Shown one piece after another: positions 9,702 to 19,091 of a stretch of DNA of 64,000 nucleotides. The position numbers and the translations under genes are program-made. The first letter of the stretch is position 1; each line of letters starts with the position of its first letter. The notes under the pieces were generated by a model. The model worked only from the letters and a program-made list of their open reading frames with translations, did not search any database and was not told where the DNA came from. This DNA comes from Planctomycetota bacterium (lineage in GTDB: Bacteria > Planctomycetota > MHYJ01 > WSZJ01), in contig JBBTCT010000001.1 in the NCBI GenBank assembly GCA_038060895.1, positions 352,001-416,000 of the forward strand. The letters run 5' to 3'.

Positions 9702-10978
9702 CGCCCACTCCCCTTCACCCAGGCTTCCCAATCCTCCTGGAACTTCCCCGCCTTGCATCCGAACGACTTCTCAAACGTGTCGGCCTCGGCTTTGCCGGAA
9801 GCAACGACCCGCAAGTACTTCAGGAAACGCTCCCGGCCCTTCCCGCCGTCCGAGAGCAGAAAGAAATGAACGAGCGACGCCGCCTGGTTGTAGCGGCCCT
9901 TCACGCCTTCCCCGTCCAGCAGCACGAATTCATCGAGGGGGAGCGTCGCCCCGTCTTTGAGAGCGCCGCGGGCCATTCCCATCCGCGGATGGAGGCGGCT
10001 TCCGACGAGAATTTTCCCGTCGCGGATCTTGGTCGATTCGAAGAAGGCCGCGACGCCTTCCCAGGCCCAGAAGTGCGGCCGCTCGGCGAGCATCCCCTGC
10101 GGCGGCCACAGGGCGTCGCAGACCTGGTGCGCGACTTCGTGGCGCACGACGTCCGGGTCGCCGAGCCCGAATCCGTTGCCCGTGGGGGCGAAGTGGCTGG
10201 CGGCGTCGAGCGAGCTGAAGAATCCGGCGGAAGAACGGCGTTCCGCGCCTCCTTCGTGGACGGCGTCGAGGTGGGCGAGAAAGTCGGCGCGCGTGGCGAA
10301 GTCGTAGACCGCGAACCGCTTCTTCGGCGCGGGCGCATCGAGCTCGCCCTCGAGTTCGCGGTGCACCGCCGCGAACACGGCCTCGGCAAGCGCCAGCACT
10401 TCGCGCGCCGCCGGCTCCGAGCGATTCGAGCGGACCGCAAAGTGAGTGCCGCGGATCTCCCAGGCCTCCGCCCAGGCCGCACGGCGCTTCTTTACATCGG
10501 CGGCCGGCAGCCACTTGCCGTCGATGGGAAGCAGGTCCTGCAGGAGGAAGTCCGCAACCTCCCTCCGAACCCACTCTCCCCCTGCGAACACTTCACCCGC
10601 GCGGTCGTGCGCCGGCTCGAAATCCGGCGAGAGCGTAAGGGCGGATCGCGCGTCGCCGAGCGCGAGCCAGCGAGCCGCGAAGCGATCGAGAAGCGCGGAG
10701 CGGTCCTTCGCATAGGCGACGAAGTTCGCGTGCAGCGCCTCGTCCCATTCGAGCACCCAGGGCTTCCCGATCCGCGCGAGCGCTTCGGCCGCTCCGGCGA
10801 CCGCGGGATCTTCGCGCCGCGCCGCCTGCCACTCGCGCGCCGCCTCCTCGACGAGTCCCGCCTCTTCGCACCGAGCTCCCAATGCTGCGCGCTCCTTCGC
10901 GAGATCGCGCCGCACGGCCGCAGCATCGTCGGCAAAGGCGGAAAGCGCCGGGACGATCAGAACCAGCAGGCTCTTCAT
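9698..10978 (-). CDS. Secreted DUF1570-like gluzincin, paralogue 3
   Basis: MKSLLVLIVPALSAFADD; HEVAH...EGVA; ATGA overlaps at both ends. Confidence 0.8.
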   Translation of the reverse strand: MKSLLVLIVPALSAFADDAAAVRRDLAKERAALGARCEEAGLVEEAAREWQAARREDPAVAGAAEALARIGKPWVLEWDEALHANFVAYAKDRSALLDRFAARWLALGDARSALTLSPDFEPAHDRAGEVFAGGEWVRREVADFLLQDLLPIDGKWLPAADVKKRRAAWAEAWEIRGTHFAVRSNRSEPAAREVLALAEAVFAAVHRELEGELDAPAPKKRFAVYDFATRADFLAHLDAVHEGGAERRSSAGFFSSLDAASHFAPTGNGFGLGDPDVVRHEVAHQVCDALWPPQGMLAERPHFWAWEGVAAFFESTKIRDGKILVGSRLHPRMGMARGALKDGATLPLDEFVLLDGEGVKGRYNQAASLVHFFLLSDGGKGRERFLKYLRVVASGKAEADTFEKSFGCKAGKFQEDWEAWVKGSGR

Positions 10979-12294
10979 TTCAGCCCGTCCACCCAGGCCT
11001 CCCACTCCGCCTGCAGATCCTTCGCCTCCTTCCGGAAACACTGCTGGAAGGTCCCGAATTCTGCCACGCCCTCGTGGACGGCCTTCGCGTAGGCGATGAA
11101 CTGTTCGCGATACCTGGCGCGGCCCGACGTCATGAAGAAGTTCGCGAGGGCGGCGCACTGGGAAGGCTTGTCGGCGATCTCCCGGGCGGCGAAACCGGTG
11201 AACTTCGCGAGCACTACGTGCTTTCCTTCCACGAAGTCCCTCCGGAACTGGCGGACACGCACGTGGTCCGGGCTTCCCGTCAGCAACTTCCCGTCGCGCG
11301 TTTCCACGGATTCGAAGAACAGCGCGATGCCGACCCACGCCCAGTACCCCACGTGCGCTTCCGGATTGCCTTTCGGTTTCCAGACCCAGGAAAGGATCTG
11401 GTGCGTGGCCTCGCGCCGCACGTCGTCGTCGAGGCCGCCGGTCGCGGTGTTGGGCGTCGGGAGGAAGTGCGCCATTTTGTCATCGGCGCTGAAGTAGCCG
11501 GAGAGCGCCCTCAGTTCTTCGCGGTCGCCGTGCGCGGCCTTGATGTGGTCGTTGAAGTCGGCGCGCGTGGCAAAGCAGGAGAGTTTCATCAGGCCGTCGG
11601 TTTTGGGCGGCTCGATCAGCCCGTGAAGATCGCGCGTGACGGCGCGGTACACGTCCTCCGCCCGCGCCAGCACGCTGCGAGCGACGTCGCGAGAGACGTT
11701 GGACGTCACCTCGAAATGCGCGCCCTTCTCGACCCACGCCTCCGCCCATTTCGAGTGCCGCGCTTCCGCGTCCTTGGCGGGCACCCATTCGGCGCCGACC
11801 GGGAGCAGCCCCTGCTTGCGCTTCTCGGCCTCCTCCCTCGGATACCAGCCGTCCTTTTCCACCAGGACTTCGCCCAACCTGTCGTGCGCCGCCTGGCACT
11901 CCGGGTCCTGCTCGAGCGCCCACCGCCATGCCGCTTCCGCGCGCTTCGCGCTCCCTGCCGCCTTGCGCTCGTCCCCCAGCGTGACCAGCCTCGCGGCGGA
12001 CTCCCTCGCCACGACCTGGCGGCCCTTTTCGAACGCGAGGTACTTCGCATGCGTCGCGTCGTCCCATTTCAGCACCCAGGGCCGCCTGCCTTCCTTGAGT
12101 CCGCGTCCCGCTTCCGCGTGATCCGACATGGCCCGCAACGCGGTCGTAAAGGCAGCGACCGACTCCTCGGCCAGCCCGTCCTTCTTCGCGGCCGCCCCCA
12201 GCTTCGCGTGTTCGTCCGCAAGCCACTTCATCGTCGTCGTCTCATCCGCGGAAGCGGCGAGCGCGGCGACCATCAGCCAGGCGCAAGTTCTCAT
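10975..12294 (-). CDS. Secreted DUF1570-like protein, paralogue 2, degenerate zinc site
   Basis: Collinear with its neighbours, but HExxH reads REATH and WEG reads WVG. Confidence 0.8.
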   Translation of the reverse strand: MRTCAWLMVAALAASADETTTMKWLADEHAKLGAAAKKDGLAEESVAAFTTALRAMSDHAEAGRGLKEGRRPWVLKWDDATHAKYLAFEKGRQVVARESAARLVTLGDERKAAGSAKRAEAAWRWALEQDPECQAAHDRLGEVLVEKDGWYPREEAEKRKQGLLPVGAEWVPAKDAEARHSKWAEAWVEKGAHFEVTSNVSRDVARSVLARAEDVYRAVTRDLHGLIEPPKTDGLMKLSCFATRADFNDHIKAAHGDREELRALSGYFSADDKMAHFLPTPNTATGGLDDDVRREATHQILSWVWKPKGNPEAHVGYWAWVGIALFFESVETRDGKLLTGSPDHVRVRQFRRDFVEGKHVVLAKFTGFAAREIADKPSQCAALANFFMTSGRARYREQFIAYAKAVHEGVAEFGTFQQCFRKEAKDLQAEWEAWVDGLK

Positions 12295-12313
12295 CGCAGT
12301 TCCCCTATGAAAT

Positions 12314-13642
12314 TCACTTGAGGCCTTTGAGCCAGGCTTCCCATTCTGCCTGAAAATCGGCGGGTTTCTTCCCGAACGCTCCGTCGAACGTGTCCGCCCT
12401 CGCCTGTGCTTCGTGAATCACCTTGAGGTACGCCAGGAACTTCTCGCGGTGCTTTCCGTCGCCCGCATTCATGAAGAAGCTCGCCAGGGCGGCGCACTGC
12501 GGGTACTTGCCGGAAACCCCCCGCTGGTCGAGCGTCACGAACTCCGCCAGCGGGACGTGTTTCCCCGCCGCGAATTCCGTGCGAAACGTTTTTACGCGAA
12601 GGTGATTCGGGTTCCCGACCAGCACCTTGCCGTCTTTCGTCTCCACCGACTCGAAATACGTCGCGAACCCCTCCCACTCCCAGAAATGCGGAAGAGCGGG
12701 CGGCTGGCCTGAAGCGGTCCAGATCCAGTACGCGACCTGGTGCGCGCCCTCGTGCCTGACCACGTCCTCGAGCGTGTTCAGCGCGTTGGCTGGCAAGGGG
12801 AAAAAGTGGCTGACCTTGTCCTCGTTACTGAAAAACCCGGGCGCAGTCTTGAGCCCCGGACGGTCGCCGTGCGCCGTGCGGTCGTGTTCATCCAGGTCGG
12901 CGCGCGAGGCGAAGTAGTAAATCTTCATCAGGCCCTTCGTGTCGGGCGTCAGCGGCGGCCCGCCCGGCTCGCTCAACTCGCGCGTCAGGGCGTGATACAT
13001 CTCCTCCGCCCGCGCCAGCACGTTTTTCGCCCCGTCCAGCGAGTGGTTCGAACTGACCTCGAAATGGTCCCCCTTCACAACCCACGGCTCCGCCCACTTC
13101 GAATGCCGCGCCTCCGCTTCCTTCGCGGTCACCCAGTCTGCGCCGACCGGCAGGAGCCCCTTTTTGCGCTTCTCCGCCTCCTCCTTCGGGAACCACCCCT
13201 GCTTTTCGACCAGCACCTCCCCCAACCGTTCGTGCGCTTCCTTCGAGGCCGGGTCATATTTCAGCGCTGTTCGCCAGGCCAGCGCCGCCTTGTCCGCATC
13301 CCCCGCGGCTTTTATTTCGTTTCCGAGCGCGACGAACTTCGCTGCCGCCGCTTTGCGCATCGTCTTGCGCTTTTCCGAGAACGAGAGGTACTTCCTGTGA
13401 AGCGCGTCATCCCAATGCGTAATCCAGATCCGCCCGGAGCCCGAGATGGTCTTCTTCGTCGGGTCCGCCCACACGCGCGCCCGGCTGTCCATCTCCATCT
13501 CGTTCTGCGCTTCCTCGACGAGGCCGTCGCTCCGGGCCGCCATCAGCAGCTTGCCGTGCTCGTCCGAAATCCACTTCAGCGTCGCCGTTTCGTCCGCGGA
13601 AACAGCGACGGCCGTGACGAGCAGGCAGGCGAAGATCTTCAC
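12314..13642 (-). CDS. Secreted DUF1570-like gluzincin, paralogue 1
   Basis: GTG start with AGGAG RBS; signal peptide; HEGAH...EGFA. Confidence 0.8.
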   Translation of the reverse strand: MKIFACLLVTAVAVSADETATLKWISDEHGKLLMAARSDGLVEEAQNEMEMDSRARVWADPTKKTISGSGRIWITHWDDALHRKYLSFSEKRKTMRKAAAAKFVALGNEIKAAGDADKAALAWRTALKYDPASKEAHERLGEVLVEKQGWFPKEEAEKRKKGLLPVGADWVTAKEAEARHSKWAEPWVVKGDHFEVSSNHSLDGAKNVLARAEEMYHALTRELSEPGGPPLTPDTKGLMKIYYFASRADLDEHDRTAHGDRPGLKTAPGFFSNEDKVSHFFPLPANALNTLEDVVRHEGAHQVAYWIWTASGQPPALPHFWEWEGFATYFESVETKDGKVLVGNPNHLRVKTFRTEFAAGKHVPLAEFVTLDQRGVSGKYPQCAALASFFMNAGDGKHREKFLAYLKVIHEAQARADTFDGAFGKKPADFQAEWEAWLKGLK

Positions 13643-13726
13643 GAGCGCTCCTTGTTCGTCGTGCTGTTGTCACAAGATACGCAAAACGCCCTTCCCCCGA
13701 CTGCCAGAAGTGCTACAACCTCCACC

Positions 13727-14455
13727 ATGCGCCGCACGACCTATTTCCGCTCCGCTGAGTTCGCCCGGATCCGCGCGCATCTCCTCGTGACCCTCACCGC
13801 CTGGGGCGCGCTCATGCTCCTCGCCCTGAAGGTCCAGTTCAACATGGCCGCCTGGGCTGACGACGCTTCGCCCGTCACCATCGCCTCGGAACGAGATCGC
13901 ACGCCGGCGGTGCAGAGCGATTACTACGGGGAATTGCTGAAGCGCGCTTCGGCAGGGCTCGGCGCGCCGGAGACGCTGGGGTACAACGATCTCATGGAGC
14001 GCCCGGCGGAGTGCCGCGGGCGGGTGGTCCGGCGTGAGGGCGTGATTTTCGGGGACGTCCGCAAGCTCCCGGTGGAGCCGGTGCCGCTCGCGCCCGGGGA
14101 AGCGCCGCCGGACACTTCGAAGGCCTGTGAAGCGGTGATCATGGACCCCGTGAGCGGCAAGACGGTTGCGGTGACGTTTCTCGAGCCGGGGGAGAAACCG
14201 GCGGCGCACGGGCGGATCGAGTTCGTCGGTGCGTTCTGGAAGATCGTGACATACACGAATCAGCGCGGCGACGTGGTTGCCGCGCCGTACCTCGTTGCGA
14301 AGACGTGGGTAGTCATGAAGCCGGAGAAACGCAGTCCGCTTCTCCCCATTCTGATGGGGCTGACAGGCGGTCTCGCGATCGCCTCCATCGTGATCGGCGC
14401 GCAGGCATCACGCCGCAAGGACGCATGCAAAAGCTCGAGCGACTCCGCGAAGTAA
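13727..14455 (+). CDS. Hypothetical membrane protein (two TM helices around a soluble domain)
   Basis: MRRTTYFRSAEF...; P..CRGRVV..EG...GAFWKIVTY...APYLV; overlaps larE. Confidence 0.7.
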   Translation: MRRTTYFRSAEFARIRAHLLVTLTAWGALMLLALKVQFNMAAWADDASPVTIASERDRTPAVQSDYYGELLKRASAGLGAPETLGYNDLMERPAECRGRVVRREGVIFGDVRKLPVEPVPLAPGEAPPDTSKACEAVIMDPVSGKTVAVTFLEPGEKPAAHGRIEFVGAFWKIVTYTNQRGDVVAAPYLVAKTWVVMKPEKRSPLLPILMGLTGGLAIASIVIGAQASRRKDACKSSSDSAK

Positions 14456-15228
14456 TCCGGCGGGCGCCCTCGGCGCTCGTCGCGTATTCGGGCGGCGTGG
14501 ACTCCACGCTGGTCGCGGCGGTGGCGCACGCGGAGCTGGGGAAGCGGGCGCAGGCGGTGCTCGCGGTCAGCGAGAGCCTCGCGCCGGACGAGGAGAAGTG
14601 GGCCGAGGACGCGGCGCGCGCGGGCGGGTTTCCGCTTCGCAAGATCCGCACGCACGAGCTCGAGCGGGGCGACTACGCGAAGAACCCGCCGAATCGGTGC
14701 TGGTTCTGCAAGAGCGAGCTGTACGAGATGCTGCGCGGGATTGCCGGGAAGGAGGGAATCGCGGAGATCCTGGACGGCCAGAACACCGACGACGTCGGCG
14801 ACTGGCGCCCGGGCTCGGCGGCGGCGACCGAGCAGGGAGTTCGAAGCCCGCTGAAGGAAGCCGGCTTCAGCAAGGCCGACGTGCGAGAAGCAGCGCGCGC
14901 GCTGGGACTCCCGAATTGGGACAAACCCGCGGCGCCGTGCCTGTCGAGCCGCTTCCCGTACGGAACGGCCATCACGCCGGAGAAGTTGAAACAGGTCAGC
15001 GAAGCGGAAGCGTTCCTGCGGAGCCTGGGTTTCCGTGAGTTCCGGGTGAGACATCACGACGCGGTGGCGCGGATCGAGGTGAAGCCTGCGGAGCTGGCGA
15101 AGGTGTTCGAACTGCGGGCGGCGATTGCGGCTGGCTTGCGAGGGATCGGGTATGCGTGGGTGTCGGTCGATCTTGAGGGGATGGTGAGCGGAGGGATGAA
15201 CCGGGTGATCGGGAAGGGGCCGGGGTAG
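14425..15228 (+). CDS. larE: ATP-dependent sulfur transferase LarE
   Basis: PP-loop AYSGGVDS, NRCWFCK, DWRPG, WDKPAAPCLSSRFPYG, FRVRHH..ARIEV. Confidence 0.93.
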   Translation: MQKLERLREVIRRAPSALVAYSGGVDSTLVAAVAHAELGKRAQAVLAVSESLAPDEEKWAEDAARAGGFPLRKIRTHELERGDYAKNPPNRCWFCKSELYEMLRGIAGKEGIAEILDGQNTDDVGDWRPGSAAATEQGVRSPLKEAGFSKADVREAARALGLPNWDKPAAPCLSSRFPYGTAITPEKLKQVSEAEAFLRSLGFREFRVRHHDAVARIEVKPAELAKVFELRAAIAAGLRGIGYAWVSVDLEGMVSGGMNRVIGKGPG

Positions 15229-15238
15229 AGGCAGGCTT

Positions 15239-15361
15239 TATCCGCGGCTGTTTCCGCGAAATTCGCTTTCATCCGCGTATTCCTTTGTCGGATTCCTCCT
15301 GTCTCAAGCGAAAAACAGAATTCGCGGATAAAGGCGAATTTCGCGGAAACGGCCGCGGATA
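15239..15361. repeat. Intergenic palindrome with TCCGCG-periodic arms
   Basis: 15239-15277 pairs with 15323-15361 at 36/39. Confidence 0.8.
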
Positions 15362-15385
15362 CGACCACTTTTCCCGGAGATCCCC

Positions 15386-17290
15386 TTGACTCGCCCCACC
15401 CTAGGCCAGAAGCTTCGATACGCCTTCGACAACTCCATGTCGCGCGGGACGATCGCACTCATTGCGTGGCTGGGAGCGGTGACGGCGGCGTTCCTCCTGT
15501 TTGCTTCGGTCCTGGTGTTTGTTGCGGGACTCGCGCCGGAGGGCGCGGGACCGGAAAAGCGCGAGTTCGCACAGATCTTCTGGGACGGACTCATGCGCAC
15601 ACTCGACCCGGGAACGATGGGCGCCGACGCGGGGAGCTGGCCTTTCAGGTTCTCCATGCTTGGCATCACGCTTGGCGGCATCTTCATCGTCAGCACGCTG
15701 ATCGGCGTCCTGACGAGCGGCATCCAGGGGCGCCTGGGCGAGCTCCGCAAAGGACGGTCCAGGGTGATCGAAGAGCGGCACACCGTCATCCTGGGCTGGT
15801 CGGCGCAGGTCTTTTCGATCATATCCGAACTGGTGGAGGCCAACGCGAACCAGCGGCGCCCCTGCATCGTCGTGATGGGCGAGAAGGACAAGGTGGAGAT
15901 GGAGGACGCGATCCGCGCGAACGTGCCGAGCACGAAGAACACGCGCGTCGTGTGCCGGACGGGTAGCCCGATCGACCTGGGCGACCTCGACATGGTGAGC
16001 GTGCAGACCACGAAGTCGATCATCGTGCTGGCAGGAGAAGCGGAAGACCCGGACGCGAGCGTGATCAAGACGATCCTCGCGATCACCAACGGCCCCAACC
16101 GCCGCAAGGAGCCCTACCACATCGTGGCGGAGCTTCACGACCCCAGGAATCTCCAGGCCGCGCGCATGGTCGGGAAGGACGAGGCGGAAATCGTGCTCGT
16201 GGGAGATCTGATCTCGCGCATCACGGTGCAGACATGCCGCCAGAGCGGACTGTCGGTCGTGCACACGGAGTTGCTCGATTTCGGCGGGGACGAGATCTAT
16301 TTCAAGGAAGAACCGGCACTTGTTGGAAAAACGTTCGGTGAGGCGCTTCATGCCTACGAAGATTCCTCGGTCATCGGCCTGCGCCGCGCGGACGGCACGG
16401 TTCAGCTCAATCCGCCGATGGACAGCCGCATCGGGGCCGGCGACAAGGTCGTCGCGATCTCCGAGGACGATGACACGATTCGCCTCTCGGGCAGGAGCGA
16501 CTTCGGCATCGAAGAGACCGCGATCCGCACGGGCTCGATCCCGCCGGCGAAACCCGAGCGCACGCTCATCATCGGCTGGAACTGGCGGGCTCCCGGCATC
16601 GTCGCGGGTCTCGACGCCTACGTCGCACCGGGGTCAACCGTCAGGATTCTCGCCGAGTCCGAGAACGGCAAGGCCCTCCTCCAGCAGCATTGCGCCGGCC
16701 TCAAAAATCTGGTGTACGAGTTCCGGCACGGCGACACGACCGACCGCCGCACGATCGAAGGCGCCGAACCTCGCGAGTTCGACCACATCATCATCCTCTG
16801 CAGCGACGGCATCACGCAGGAGAAGGCCGACTGCCGCGTCCTCATCACGCTGCTTCACCTCCGGGACATGGCGGAGAAGGGCAAGTGCGAGTTTTCGATC
16901 GTCAGCGAGATTCTCGATGTCCGCAACCGGGCCCTCGCTGAGGTCACGAACGCCGACGACTTCATCGTCAGCCACAAACTGGTCAGCCTCATGCTTTCCC
17001 AGATCTCCGAGAACAAGGAAATCCACGCGGTCCTGGCGGACCTCTTCGACCCCGAGGGATCCGAGATCTACGTCAAGCCCGCCACCAATTACGTCGCCGC
17101 CGGGCAACCCTTCAGCTTCCACACCGTCGTCGAGGCCGCCCGCCGCCGAGGCGAAATCGCCATCGGCTACAAGCTCGCCGCCCTCCGGCGCGACGCCTCG
17201 CGCTCGTACGGCGTCGTCGTCAATCCCGACAAGTCGGGGAAGATCACGCTGGCCGCGGAGGATCGCGTCATCGTGGTAGCCGAGAACTAG
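15386..17290 (+). CDS. CASTOR/POLLUX-like ion channel with RCK domains
   Basis: RYAFDNSMSRG, pore LDPGTMG, LRKGRSRVIEERHTVILGW, ELLDFGGDEIY, LFDPEGSEIY. Confidence 0.88.
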   Translation: MTRPTLGQKLRYAFDNSMSRGTIALIAWLGAVTAAFLLFASVLVFVAGLAPEGAGPEKREFAQIFWDGLMRTLDPGTMGADAGSWPFRFSMLGITLGGIFIVSTLIGVLTSGIQGRLGELRKGRSRVIEERHTVILGWSAQVFSIISELVEANANQRRPCIVVMGEKDKVEMEDAIRANVPSTKNTRVVCRTGSPIDLGDLDMVSVQTTKSIIVLAGEAEDPDASVIKTILAITNGPNRRKEPYHIVAELHDPRNLQAARMVGKDEAEIVLVGDLISRITVQTCRQSGLSVVHTELLDFGGDEIYFKEEPALVGKTFGEALHAYEDSSVIGLRRADGTVQLNPPMDSRIGAGDKVVAISEDDDTIRLSGRSDFGIEETAIRTGSIPPAKPERTLIIGWNWRAPGIVAGLDAYVAPGSTVRILAESENGKALLQQHCAGLKNLVYEFRHGDTTDRRTIEGAEPREFDHIIILCSDGITQEKADCRVLITLLHLRDMAEKGKCEFSIVSEILDVRNRALAEVTNADDFIVSHKLVSLMLSQISENKEIHAVLADLFDPEGSEIYVKPATNYVAAGQPFSFHTVVEAARRRGEIAIGYKLAALRRDASRSYGVVVNPDKSGKITLAAEDRVIVVAEN

Positions 17291-17292
17291 GG

Positions 17293-17373
17293 GGTAGTGG
17301 GTAGCAGGTAGGAGGTAGGAACAGCCCCACGAGAGATTGTCTTTTCTACCTCCTACCCACTACCAACTACCCA
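17293..17373. repeat. Inverted heptamer arrays (GGTAGNR x4 / CTACCNN x4)
   Basis: 17293-17320 and 17346-17373; the 21-mer at 17351-17371 is identical to 51657-51677. Confidence 0.8.
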
Positions 17374-17422
17374 CCGCCTTCCCTTTCATATTCCTCCCCC
17401 GTCCCCCAGACTTCCTCCACCG

Positions 17423-19042
17423 ATGTTCCCCATCTTCACTTCGCTCGCGGCATTCTCCCTCGCACTCTGCTGGTCCCCGGAGTGGGCGACCCCATTATTC
17501 GATGCGCGCGTCTCCTGTTTCGGGGTCGCTGCCCTACTGCTGATCCAGGTCCTCTCCGGCGCCGCCTACGGGCGCGAAGTCCGCCGCCGCTTGCCGGGCG
17601 AGCCGGGAGAATTCCGCGTCCGCCGGCTCGCACGCGCAGAAAACGCCTACCGCTTCCTCGGCCTCGCCCTCTACGCCTCCGCCGTCGCCAACCTGAACTG
17701 GCCGCGCGTCGCCTGGCAGACCTGGCACCTCGGAGGCATCCCCGGCGTCTCTCTCGCCGCCGCCCTCTCTCCATACTTCCTGTTTCTCCTCGCCACCTCC
17801 GTCGGCATCGCCCGCGCCTGGCGCTCCTCGTCCGGCGAGGGCCCCTCGATCCGCGTCGTCCTTGCCTCAGAAGCCCGACTCGCCGCCCTGCCGTTTGTCC
17901 CCGCCTTCCTCATCGTCACCGGCATCGACCTCCTCTCGCTTAATCGCGGCATCCGCCTTCTCCTCGGCTCCGTCCCCTTCACAGGCATCGCCCTCCTCGC
18001 CGCCATCATGGTCGTCACCCTCCTCACCTCCCCTTCGTGGATGCCCCTCGTCCTCCGCGCCCGCCCCTTCCCCGACAGCCCTCTCCGCTCCGACCTCATC
18101 CGCCTCTGCGAACGCGCCGGCGTCACCACCCCCGCTTTCTGGATCTGGCCCTCAGCCGACTCCGGCTCCGTCAACGCCATGGTCGTCGGCATCCGCTCGC
18201 GCGGCCGCGCCGTGTTCTTCACCGAATCCATGCTCCAATCCCTCAGCGCCGACGAACTCGGCGCCGTCCTCGCCCACGAACTCGGACACGTCCGCTACCG
18301 CCACGCCGCCGTCTACGCCTGCTTCGCCATGGGCGCCGTTGCCGCCGTCGCCGCCGCCGAAGCCGCACTCTCCCACCTCGACTCCGACCTCTCACGCACC
18401 ACCCTCGTCGCCGCCCTCGCCGCCTCCATCGCCGCCACCTTCGGCGCCTTCTACCGCCGATTCGAACGCCAGGCCGACCTCTTCGCCGCACGCCTCGTCC
18501 CCGCCAATGTCTTCATCGCCACCCTCGAGAAAGTCGCGTCCCTCTCAGGCAACGTCCGCAAAGTCTGGTCCTTCACCCACACGTCCATCGAACAGCGCGT
18601 CAATTTTCTCCTCGAAGCGGGCCTGCGCCCCGAATCCGCCGCGCGCTTCGAGCACCGCCTTTCCAAAGCCGTCCTCGCCGGCCTCGTCGTGGCCGCGTTC
18701 GCCGGCGGCGCCGGCATCTGGACGGCCGTCAAGCAGGTCGCCGCCGCGCCGGTCGAGAGGGCGAAGCTGGAAGCGGAGGAATCGGCGGGGGAAGCGCGGC
18801 TGGCGTGGGAGAAAGGCGAGCGGGACGGCGCGATCGGGAAGGCGGCAGAGGCGGCCAAAGGAGACGCGAAGTGGGAACTGCTGGTGGCGGACATGCTGTT
18901 CGAGGCCGGGAGGGCGGCGGAGGCAAGGCCGCACTACGAGAGGGCGAAGCGTGAGTGGCGGGACGGGACGGAAGAGAGGGCGGAGATTGAGGAACGGCTG
19001 GAGCTGATCCGGGGGATCGAGGAGAGGGCGCGGAGGAAATGA
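17423..19042 (+). CDS. M48 (Ste24/HtpX-like) membrane metallopeptidase with C-terminal TPR-like helices
   Basis: Several TM helices, VNAMVVG, AVLAHELGH, ERQAD, THTSIEQRV. Confidence 0.88.
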   Translation: MFPIFTSLAAFSLALCWSPEWATPLFDARVSCFGVAALLLIQVLSGAAYGREVRRRLPGEPGEFRVRRLARAENAYRFLGLALYASAVANLNWPRVAWQTWHLGGIPGVSLAAALSPYFLFLLATSVGIARAWRSSSGEGPSIRVVLASEARLAALPFVPAFLIVTGIDLLSLNRGIRLLLGSVPFTGIALLAAIMVVTLLTSPSWMPLVLRARPFPDSPLRSDLIRLCERAGVTTPAFWIWPSADSGSVNAMVVGIRSRGRAVFFTESMLQSLSADELGAVLAHELGHVRYRHAAVYACFAMGAVAAVAAAEAALSHLDSDLSRTTLVAALAASIAATFGAFYRRFERQADLFAARLVPANVFIATLEKVASLSGNVRKVWSFTHTSIEQRVNFLLEAGLRPESAARFEHRLSKAVLAGLVVAAFAGGAGIWTAVKQVAAAPVERAKLEAEESAGEARLAWEKGERDGAIGKAAEAAKGDAKWELLVADMLFEAGRAAEARPHYERAKREWRDGTEERAEIEERLELIRGIEERARRK

Positions 19043-19091
19043 ACGGATGAATGTCCCATTCTCCGTTCGGCGGCGGGCTACAATCCGCGCC

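Noticed and set aside
6774-13642. Diversity-generating retroelement or integron cassette array behind the paralogue array
   Set aside because: No reverse transcriptase, TR/VR pair or integron integrase is in the window, and the hairpins differ from each other and lack attC R-box ends.
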